Virus record (IMG/VR): IMGVR_UViG_2609459824_000003
Location: 1 to 22,933 of that record
Direction: 5' to 3' (one strand)
Length of the DNA: 22,933 nt
From: a virus
Taxonomy: Duplodnaviria > Heunggongvirae > Uroviricota > Caudoviricetes
In this document: piece by piece, positions 15,394 through 22,933 of the stretch
How the letters are laid out: the number at the start of each line of letters is the position of its first letter
Position numbering within the stretch: the stretch's first letter is position 1
The notes under the pieces: model-generated
Seen by the model: only the letters and a program-made list of their open reading frames with translations
The model's database searches: none
Told to the model about the DNA's origin: nothing
Program-made: the position numbers and the translations under genes

Positions 15394-18300
15394 ATGGGAA
15401 AAGGTGGCGGTAAGGCACACACGCCTCGTGAGGCGAAGGATAATCTCAAATCCACGCAGATGATGAGCGTGATTGATGCGATTGGTGAGGGACCGATAGA
15501 AGGTCCGGTGAAGGGACTGCAGAGTATCCTGGTGAACAAAACCCCGCTGACGGACACGGACGGTAATCCCGTGATACACGGTGTGACGGCGGTCTGGCGC
15601 GCCGGGGAGCAGGAGCAGACACCACCGGAAGGCTTTGAGTCCTCCGGTGCTGAAACCGGACTGGGCGTGGAAGTGACGAAGGCAAAACCGGTGACGCGCA
15701 CCATTACGTCCGCGAACATTGACCGCCTGCGGGTTACCTTCGGGGTGCAGTCACTGGTGCAGACCACGTCAAAGGGCGACCGTAATCCTTCCTCTGTCCG
15801 GATTCTGATTCAGTTACAGCGTAATGGCCGCTGGGTGACGGAAAAGGATGTCACCATTAACGGCAAGACCACCTCGCAGTTCCTGGCCTCGGTGATTCTG
15901 GATAATCTGCCTCCCCGGCCCTTTAACATCCGGATGGTCAGGGAGACGGCGGACAGCACCACGGACCAGCTGCAGAATAAGACGCTGTGGTCGTCATACA
16001 CCGAAATCATCGATGTGAAACAGTGCTACCCGAACACGGCCATTGTGGGGCTGCAGGTGGATGCGGAGCAGTTCGGCGGCCAGCAGATGACGGTGAACTA
16101 CCATATCCGCGGTCGCATCATCCAGGTGCCGTCAAACTATGACCCGGAAAAACGCACGTACAGTGGTATCTGGGACGGCAGCCTGAAACCGGCATACAGC
16201 AACAACCCGGCCTGGTGTCTGTGGGACATGCTGACTCACCCGCGCTACGGCATGGGAAAACGTCTGGGGGCGGCGGATGTGGACAAGTGGGCGCTGTATG
16301 CCATCGGGCAGTACTGCGACCAGACGGTCCCGGATGGTTTCGGGGGGACCGAGCCGCGGATGACCTTTAATGCGTACCTGGCACAACAGCGTAAGGTGTG
16401 GGACGTTCTCAGTGATTTCTGCTCTGCGATGCGCTGTATGCCGGTATGGAACGGCCAGACGCTGACGTTCGTTCAGGACCGTCCGTCGGATGTGGTGTGG
16501 CCGTACACCAACAGCGATGTGGTGGTGGATGATAACGGCGTGGGTTTCCGCTACAGCTTCAGTGCCCTGAAGGACCGGCACACGGCAGTGGAGGTGAATT
16601 ACACCGACCCGCAGAACGGCTGGCAGACCTCCACGGAACTGGTGGAAGACCCGGAAGCCATACTGCGCTACGGACGCAACCTGCTGAAGATGGACGCGTT
16701 CGGCTGTACCAGCCGCGGTCAGGCCCACCGTGCCGGGCTGTGGGTGATAAAGACCGAACTGCTGGAAACGCAGACGGTGGATTTCACGCTTGGGTCACAG
16801 GGGCTGCGTCACACACCCGGTGACATCATTGAAATCTGTGATAACGACTATGCCGGGACCATGACCGGCGGACGTGTCCTGTCCATCGATGCCGCCAGCC
16901 GTACCCTGACGCTGGACCGGGAGGTGACACTGCCGGAGACCGGCACGGCCACTGTTAATCTGATTAACGGCAGCGGTAAGCCGGCGAGCGTGGCCATCAC
17001 CGCACACCCCGCGCCTGACCGGATACAGGTCAGCACCCTGCCGGATGGTGTGGAGACATACGGGGTGTGGGGACTCTCCCTGCCGTCACTGCGTCGTCGC
17101 CTGTTCCGCTGTGTCTCCATCCGGGAAAACACGGACGGCACGTTCGCCATCACGGCGGTGCAGCACGTACCTGAAAAAGAAGCCATCGTGGATAACGGGG
17201 CCCGCTTTGAGCCGCAGTCAGGCACCCTGAACAGCGTTATCCCACCGGCAGTGCAGCACCTGACGGTGGAGGTGAGCGCAGCTGACGGCCAGTATCTGGC
17301 GCAGGCGAAATGGGACACGCCGCGGGTGGTGAAGGGTGTGCGCTTCAGTCTGCGCCTGACCAGTGGTAAGGGAACGGATGCCAGACTGGTGACCACCGCC
17401 ATCACCGCAGACACGGAGCACCGTTTCAGCGGCCTGCCGCTCGGGGAATACACCCTGACGGTGCGGGCGATAAACAGCTATGGCCAGCAGGGTGAACCTG
17501 CCACCACCACCTTCCGGATTACCGCACCGGCAGCACCGTCGCGGATTGAGCTGACGCCGGGCTATTTTCAGATAACCGCAACGCCACATCTTGCCGTTTA
17601 TGACCCGACGGTACAGTTTGAGTTCTGGTTCTCGGAAAAGCGGATTGCGGATATCAGGCAGGTTGAAACCGCAGCCCGCTATCTTGGCTCGGCGCTGTAC
17701 TGGATAGCTGCCAGTATCAATATCAAACCGGGCCATGATTATTATTTTTATATCCGCAGTGTGAATACTGTTGGCAAATCGGCATTCGTGGAGGCTGTCG
17801 GTCGGGCGAGCGATGATGCGGAAGGTTACCTGGATTTTTTCAAAGGAGAAATCGGGAAAACACATCTGGCCCAGGAGCTGTGGACGCAGATTGATAACGG
17901 TCAGCTTGCGCCGGACCTGGCTGAAATCAGGACGTCCATTACGAATGTCAGCAATGAAATCACGCAGACCGTCAATAAAAAACTGGAAAATCAGAGTGCG
18001 GCAATCCAGCAGATACAGAAAGTTCAGGTTGATACAAATAATAACCTGAACAGCATGTGGGCCGTGAAACTGCAGCAGATGCAGGACGGACGCCTTTATA
18101 TTGCGGGTATCGGTGCCGGTATTGAGAATACGCCAGCAGGAATGCAGAGTCAGGTGCTGCTGGCGGCAGACAGGATTGCGATGATTAATCCTGCGAATGG
18201 CAACACAAAGCCGATGTTTGTTGGTCAGGGCGATCAGATATTTATGAATGAAGTGTTCCTGAAATATCTGACGGCTCCCACCATTACCAGCGGCGGTAAT

Positions 18301-18867
18301 CCTCCGGCATTTTCCCTGACACCGGACGGGCGGCTGACGGCGAAAAATGCCGATATCAGCGGTAACGTGAATGCGAACTCCGGGACGCTCAACAACGTCA
18401 CGATTAACGAGAACTGTCGGGTTCTGGGAAAATTGTCCGCGAACCAGATTGAAGGCGATCTCGTTAAAACAGTGGGCAAAGCTTTCCCCCGGGACTCCCG
18501 TGCACCGGAGCGGTGGCCATCAGGAACCATTACCGTCAGGGTTTATGACGATCAGCCGTTTGACCGGCAGATTGTTATTCCGGCGGTGGCATTCAGCGGC
18601 GCTAAACATGAGAAAGAGCATACTGATATTTACTCCTCATGCCGTCTGATAGTGCGGAAAAACGGTGCTGAAATTTATAACCGTACCGCGCTGGATAATA
18701 CGCTGATTTACAGTGGTGTTATTGATATGCCTGCCGGTCACGGTCACATGACACTGGAGTTTTCGGTGTCAGCATGGCTGGTAAATAACTGGTATCCCAC
18801 AGCAAGTATCAGCGATTTGCTGGTTGTGGTGATGAAGAAAGCCACTGCAGGCATCACGATTAGCTGA
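15394..18867 (+). CDS. J: Tail tip host-specificity protein J (central tail fibre)
   Basis: 1157-aa ORF with RBS AGGGGAAGG. The N-terminus [39 protein letters not shown] and long internal stretches ([29 protein letters not shown]; [34 protein letters not shown]; [38 protein letters not shown]) match lambda gpJ. Confidence 0.95.
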   Translation: MGKGGGKAHTPREAKDNLKSTQMMSVIDAIGEGPIEGPVKGLQSILVNKTPLTDTDGNPVIHGVTAVWRAGEQEQTPPEGFESSGAETGLGVEVTKAKPVTRTITSANIDRLRVTFGVQSLVQTTSKGDRNPSSVRILIQLQRNGRWVTEKDVTINGKTTSQFLASVILDNLPPRPFNIRMVRETADSTTDQLQNKTLWSSYTEIIDVKQCYPNTAIVGLQVDAEQFGGQQMTVNYHIRGRIIQVPSNYDPEKRTYSGIWDGSLKPAYSNNPAWCLWDMLTHPRYGMGKRLGAADVDKWALYAIGQYCDQTVPDGFGGTEPRMTFNAYLAQQRKVWDVLSDFCSAMRCMPVWNGQTLTFVQDRPSDVVWPYTNSDVVVDDNGVGFRYSFSALKDRHTAVEVNYTDPQNGWQTSTELVEDPEAILRYGRNLLKMDAFGCTSRGQAHRAGLWVIKTELLETQTVDFTLGSQGLRHTPGDIIEICDNDYAGTMTGGRVLSIDAASRTLTLDREVTLPETGTATVNLINGSGKPASVAITAHPAPDRIQVSTLPDGVETYGVWGLSLPSLRRRLFRCVSIRENTDGTFAITAVQHVPEKEAIVDNGARFEPQSGTLNSVIPPAVQHLTVEVSAADGQYLAQAKWDTPRVVKGVRFSLRLTSGKGTDARLVTTAITADTEHRFSGLPLGEYTLTVRAINSYGQQGEPATTTFRITAPAAPSRIELTPGYFQITATPHLAVYDPTVQFEFWFSEKRIADIRQVETAARYLGSALYWIAASINIKPGHDYYFYIRSVNTVGKSAFVEAVGRASDDAEGYLDFFKGEIGKTHLAQELWTQIDNGQLAPDLAEIRTSITNVSNEITQTVNKKLENQSAAIQQIQKVQVDTNNNLNSMWAVKLQQMQDGRLYIAGIGAGIENTPAGMQSQVLLAADRIAMINPANGNTKPMFVGQGDQIFMNEVFLKYLTAPTITSGGNPPAFSLTPDGRLTAKNADISGNVNANSGTLNNVTINENCRVLGKLSANQIEGDLVKTVGKAFPRDSRAPERWPSGTITVRVYDDQPFDRQIVIPAVAFSGAKHEKEHTDIYSSCRLIVRKNGAEIYNRTALDNTLIYSGVIDMPAGHGHMTLEFSVSAWLVNNWYPTASISDLLVVVMKKATAGITIS

Positions 18868-18885
18868 ATTTTATAACCCAGATAC

Positions 18886-18910
18886 GGGCGCCAGAAATGG
18901 CGCCTTTTTT
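18886..18910 (+). terminator. Intrinsic terminator downstream of J
   Basis: GGGCGCC (18886-18892), loop AGAAAT, GGCGCC (18899-18904), then TTTTTT (18905-18910). Confidence 0.65.
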
Positions 18911-18934
18911 ATTGCAGAAAAGCGAGAGGTAATT

Positions 18935-19534
18935 ATGCGTAAATTATGTGCTGTTATTTTGTCCGCAGTAGTCTGGCAGGTCGCCGCTGCTACGCCAGCG
19001 AGTGCAGCAGAACATCAGTCCACGCTGAGCGCGGGGTATCTCCATGCCTCGACGAACGTTCCCGGTAGTGATGATCTGAACGGGATTAACGTGAAATACC
19101 GTTATGAGTTTACGGACGCGCTGGGGCTGATTACGTCCTTCAGTTATGCCAATGCTGAGGATGAGCAAAAAACGCGCTACAGCGATACCCGCTGGCATGA
19201 AGATTCCGTGCGTAACCGCTGGTTCAGCGTGATGGCGGGGCCGTCTGTACGCGTGAATGAATGGTTCAGCGCGTATGCGATGGCGGGTGTGGCTTACAGC
19301 CGTGTGTCGACTTTCTCCGGGGATTATCTCCGCGTAACTGACAACAAGGGGAAAACGCACGATGTGCTGACCGGAAGTGATGACGGTCGCCACAGCAACA
19401 CGTCTCTGGCGTGGGGGGCTGGCGTGCAGTTTAACCCGACCGAATCCGTGACCATTGACCTTGCTTATGAAGGTTCCGGTAGTGGCGACTGGCGAACGGA
19501 TGCATTTATTGTTGGTATCGGATACCGTTTCTGA
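18935..19534 (+). CDS. lom: Lom outer-membrane beta-barrel protein (Ail/Lom/PagC/OmpX family)
   Basis: Signal peptide MRKLCAVILSAVVWQVAAATPASA. Family motifs GINVKYRYEFTD, YAMAGVAYSR, and the C-terminal LAYEGSGSGDWRTDAFIVGIGYRF ending in Phe. Same position between J and stf as lom in lambda. Confidence 0.9.
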   Translation: MRKLCAVILSAVVWQVAAATPASAAEHQSTLSAGYLHASTNVPGSDDLNGINVKYRYEFTDALGLITSFSYANAEDEQKTRYSDTRWHEDSVRNRWFSVMAGPSVRVNEWFSAYAMAGVAYSRVSTFSGDYLRVTDNKGKTHDVLTGSDDGRHSNTSLAWGAGVQFNPTESVTIDLAYEGSGSGDWRTDAFIVGIGYRF

Positions 19535-19640
19535 CAACAGACGCCGATTTATCTTCTGTAAATATTGTTATGATACGCAGGTTCATCCACCTTATGGGGT
19601 GAACTGCGTTTGAGGAAACGTAAAGTTACACTGTCCTGAA

Positions 19641-19672
19641 GCCCGTGGCGTCACTGCTGCGGGCTTTTTTTA
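19641..19672 (+). terminator. Intrinsic terminator downstream of lom
   Basis: GCCCG (19641-19645), loop, CGGGC (19660-19664), followed by TTTTTTT (19665-19671). Confidence 0.55.
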
Positions 19673-19685
19673 TTGGTGGAAAAGT

Positions 19686-22600
19686 ATGACAGTAAAAATT
19701 TCTGGCGTGCTTAAAGATGGCACAGGAAAACCAGTACAGAACTGCACCATTGTGCTGAAGGCCAGACGAACCAGCAGCACGGTGGTGGTGAACACGGTGG
19801 CCTCTGAAAATCCGGATGAAGCCGGACGTTACAGCATGGATGTTGAGCATGGTCAGTACAGCGTCACCCTGCTGGTTGAAGGTTTTCCGCCTTCACATGC
19901 CGGGACCATTACCGTCTATGAAGGTTCCAGACCAGGTACGCTGAATGATTTTCTCGGTGCCATGACGGAGGATGATGTCCGACCGGAGGCACTGCGCCGC
20001 TTTGAGCAGATGGTGGAAGAGGTGTCACGTAACGCCTCCGCGGTTGCACAGAATACGGCAGCCGCGAAAAAATCAGCCAGCGATGCCAGTGCATCAGCCA
20101 GCGAGGCGGCAACTCATGCAACCGATGCTGCAGCCTCAGCACGTGCCGCCAGCACGTCAGCCGGACAGGCCGCGTCGTCGGCTCAGTCAGCGTCTTCCAG
20201 CGCAGGAACGGCATCGACAAAGGCCCGTGAAGCAGCAAAAAGTGCTGCTGCTGCAGAGTCATCAAAAAGCGCGGCAGCTACCAGCGCCAGTGCCGCGAAA
20301 ACGTCAGAAACGAATGCCGCAGCATCACAAAAATCGGCAGCCACTTCTGCATCCACAGCGACCACGAAGGCGTCAGAAGCTGCCACCTCGGCACGGGGTG
20401 CGGCGGCCTCAAAAGAGGCAGCGAAATCTTCAGAAACGAATGCATCATCAAGTGCCAGTAGTGCAGCTTCCTCGGCAACGGCGGCAGGAAATTCCGCGAA
20501 GGCGGCAAAAACGTCCGAGACGAACGCTAAGTCTTCTGAAACAGCAGCGGGACAGAGCGCCTCAGCTGCGGCAGGTTCAAAAACAGCGGCTGCATTATCT
20601 GCCAGTGCCGCGTCAACAAGTGCCGGGCAGGCCTCAGCCAGTGCCACCGCCGCCGGAAAATCGGCAGAAAGCGCCGCATCATCCGCTTCAACAGCCACAA
20701 CGAAGGCTGGCAAAGCCACTGAGCAAGCCACTGCAGCAGCGAGGTCTGCTTCTGCAGCAAAAACCTCTGAAACAAATGCAAAGACTTCAGCAGACAATGC
20801 TGCTTCCTCTAAGGCGGCAGCCGCATCGTCAGCCAGTTCAGCGGCGTCATCGGCATCATCTGCGTCTGCTTCAAAAGATGAGGCGACCAGACAAGCGTCA
20901 GCAGCGAAAGGTAGTGCCACGACAGCAACAACGAAAGCATCAGAGGCGGCAGGCAGTGCGACGGCTGCATCTCAGAGCAAAGTTGCTGCTGAATCCGCGG
21001 CAACGCGCGCCGAGACAGCAGCAAAACGGGCAGAGGATATTGCATCCGCCGTGGCGCTGGAGGATGCGAGCACGACGAAAAAGGGGATAGTACAGCTCAG
21101 CAGTGCAACAAACAGCACCAGTGAAAAGCTGGCGGCAACGCCAAAGGCAGTTAAAACTGTTAAAGATAGTTCAGTTCAAAAAACTGGCGACACAATGGGA
21201 GGGCAGTTAAAAATCAGCACGATAAATGCTCTTCGAATATTCAACCAAGCCTTTGGCCTTATTTTTAGGCGTTCCGAAGATCATCTTCATCTTATTCCGA
21301 CTAATGAAGGGGAGGGGGAAAATGGAGACATCGGTTCATTAAGACCATTCTCTATAAACTTAAGATCAGGGTTGGTGTCCATCGGTAATGGACTAAAAGT
21401 TGGTGGTAGTGTTACTGGTAATTTGACCGGAAACGCAGATACTGCGACCAAGATCAAGACAGCACGTAAGATTGGGGGCGTGGCATTTGATGGATCGGCA
21501 GATATCAACTTGCCTGGAGTCAACGCTACCGGTAATCAAAACACTACAGGTAATGCTGCGACCGCCACGAAACTTCAGGCAGCCAGAACGATTAACGGTG
21601 TGTCATTTGATGGTAGTGCAAATATCACATTGACCCCTTCAAATATTGGGGCATTGGCATTAACTGGAGGGACTCTTTCAGGTGGTTTAACTGCTGCTGG
21701 TGAGGTTATTTCAAGGTCAGCAAATGGTCTGCGTATTGCCTATGGCAACTATGGATTCTTTATCCGAAATGATGGATCAAACACATATTTTATGTTGACA
21801 GATTCGGGTAACAGTCTTGGTACGCACAATAGCTTAAGGCCGTTTATAATTAGTAACCATACTGGCAATGTTACAATTGCAACTAAATTAAACGCGAGTG
21901 GTGGTATCACTGGATCTTTATCGGGTAATGCAAGCACAGCAACCAAATTGCAAACTGCAAGGACAATTAACGGCGTAAAATTTGACGGCTCGGCAAATAT
22001 TGAAGCGTTTCCGCCAGGTGTTCCGCTGCCGTGGCCATCAGATACACCACCTGCAGGTTATGCAATCATGCAGGGGCAGACGTTTGATAAGGCAGCATAT
22101 CCGAAACTGGCTATTGCCTATCCTTCAGGTGTTATTCCAGATATGCGCGGCTGGACAATCAAGGGCAACCCCGCCAGTGGCCGGGCCGTATTGTCTCAGG
22201 AACAGGACGGCATTAAATCGCACACCCACAGCGCCAGCGCATCCAGTACGGATTTGGGGACGAAAACCACATCGTCGTTTGATTACGGCACTAAATCCAC
22301 GAATAACACCGGGGCGCATACGCACAGTCTGAGTGGCTCTACGGGGTCTGCCGGTGTTCATACTCATGGTAATGGTATTCGTTGGCCAGGAGGCGGCGGT
22401 TCTGCGTTAGCATTTTATGATGGCGGTGGGTTCACTTATGTCCAGAATTCACAGTATCAAGTAAGCCCGGAGACTTCTTCCTATAGATCGTATTATCAAC
22501 GTATTCAGACACAGTCAGCAGGTGCTCATACCCACTCGCTGTCTGGTACTGCAGCAAGTTCTGGCGCACATGCACATACTGTAGGTATTGGTGCGCATAC

Positions 22601-22712
22601 GCACTCCGTTGCGATTGGTTCACATGGACACACCATCACCGTTAACGCTGCGGGTAACGCGGAAAACACCGTCAAAAACATCGCATTTAACTATATTGTG
22701 AGGCTTGCATAA
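19686..22712 (+). CDS. stf: Side tail fibre protein Stf (mosaic; lambda-like N- and C-termini)
   Basis: The N-terminus [28 protein letters not shown]...[32 protein letters not shown] and the C-terminus ...[32 protein letters not shown]...[25 protein letters not shown] match lambda Stf. The centre holds an Ala/Ser/Thr-rich low-complexity region and three fibre repeats (GNAxTATKLxxARTINGVxFDGSANI). Confidence 0.9.
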   Translation: MTVKISGVLKDGTGKPVQNCTIVLKARRTSSTVVVNTVASENPDEAGRYSMDVEHGQYSVTLLVEGFPPSHAGTITVYEGSRPGTLNDFLGAMTEDDVRPEALRRFEQMVEEVSRNASAVAQNTAAAKKSASDASASASEAATHATDAAASARAASTSAGQAASSAQSASSSAGTASTKAREAAKSAAAAESSKSAAATSASAAKTSETNAAASQKSAATSASTATTKASEAATSARGAAASKEAAKSSETNASSSASSAASSATAAGNSAKAAKTSETNAKSSETAAGQSASAAAGSKTAAALSASAASTSAGQASASATAAGKSAESAASSASTATTKAGKATEQATAAARSASAAKTSETNAKTSADNAASSKAAAASSASSAASSASSASASKDEATRQASAAKGSATTATTKASEAAGSATAASQSKVAAESAATRAETAAKRAEDIASAVALEDASTTKKGIVQLSSATNSTSEKLAATPKAVKTVKDSSVQKTGDTMGGQLKISTINALRIFNQAFGLIFRRSEDHLHLIPTNEGEGENGDIGSLRPFSINLRSGLVSIGNGLKVGGSVTGNLTGNADTATKIKTARKIGGVAFDGSADINLPGVNATGNQNTTGNAATATKLQAARTINGVSFDGSANITLTPSNIGALALTGGTLSGGLTAAGEVISRSANGLRIAYGNYGFFIRNDGSNTYFMLTDSGNSLGTHNSLRPFIISNHTGNVTIATKLNASGGITGSLSGNASTATKLQTARTINGVKFDGSANIEAFPPGVPLPWPSDTPPAGYAIMQGQTFDKAAYPKLAIAYPSGVIPDMRGWTIKGNPASGRAVLSQEQDGIKSHTHSASASSTDLGTKTTSSFDYGTKSTNNTGAHTHSLSGSTGSAGVHTHGNGIRWPGGGGSALAFYDGGGFTYVQNSQYQVSPETSSYRSYYQRIQTQSAGAHTHSLSGTAASSGAHAHTVGIGAHTHSVAIGSHGHTITVNAAGNAENTVKNIAFNYIVRLA

Positions 22713-22933
22713 TGGCATTCAGAATGAGTGAACAAGCACGGACCATAAAAATTTATAATCTGCTGGCCGGAACTAATGAATTTATTGGTGAAGGTGACGC
22801 ATATATTCCGCCTCATACAGGTCTGCCAGCAAACAGTACCGATATTGCACCACCAGATATTCCTGCTGGCTTTGTGGCTGTTTTCAACAGTGATGAGGCA
22901 TCGTGGCATCTCGTTGAAGACCATCGGGGTAAA
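22712..22933 (+). CDS. tfa: Tail fibre assembly chaperone Tfa (N-terminal 74 codons; continues past the window)
   Basis: ATG overlaps the stf stop (TAATG at 22710-22714). Translation [74 protein letters not shown] matches the lambda Tfa N-terminus. No stop occurs before the window ends. Confidence 0.85.
   Translation, partial: MAFRMSEQARTIKIYNLLAGTNEFIGEGDAYIPPHTGLPANSTDIAPPDIPAGFVAVFNSDEASWHLVEDHRGK

Noticed and set aside
15032-15418. 128-aa minus-strand ORF and 77-aa + strand ORF (15180-15413) in the I-J spacer
   Set aside because: Both span the terminator-like hairpins, lack ribosome-binding sites, and one overlaps the J start. The region is better explained as non-coding (candidate sRNA and terminators).
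19972-21090. Arg/Gln-rich 372-aa + ORF and Ala-rich 245-aa minus ORF (20183-20920) inside stf
   Set aside because: Both are alternative-frame products of the GC-rich Ala/Ser/Thr low-complexity region of stf. The stf frame is the one continuous with lambda-like N- and C-termini.
1-22933. Possibility that the window is a defence island or carries toxin-antitoxin, restriction-modification or Abi cargo
   Set aside because: Every substantial ORF is accounted for as a virion structural or assembly gene, or the lom moron. I saw no nuclease, ATPase, methyltransferase or toxin-like domain. The only non-structural cargo candidates are lom and the I-J non-coding insert.

Overview
This 22.9-kb window is the late (virion morphogenesis) region of a lambdoid siphovirus prophage from an enterobacterial genome, most likely Escherichia/Shigella, judged from close similarity of the tail-tip genes to phage lambda M, L, K, I, J, lom, stf and tfa. 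All real genes are on the + strand in one operon-like array: terminase large subunit (5'-truncated), an HK97-type head module (fused prohead protease-scaffold-major capsid gene, portal, a 569-aa tandem-repeat protein, connector and completion proteins), a major tail protein with a C-terminal Ig-like domain, a G/GT-type chaperone pair with a programmed -1 frameshift site, tape measure, then lambda-like M-L-K-I-J, the lom moron, side tail fibre stf and the start of tfa. I found no rRNA, tRNA, CRISPR array, transposase or recognisable defence system. The features most worth follow-up are a 342-bp AT-rich non-coding insert between I and J that has the hallmarks of an antisense small-RNA gene, a structural-module gene made of seven near-identical 162-bp repeats, and a mosaic side tail fibre carrying a low-GC cassette. 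All similarity statements rest on reading the translations against remembered protein families; no database search was run.
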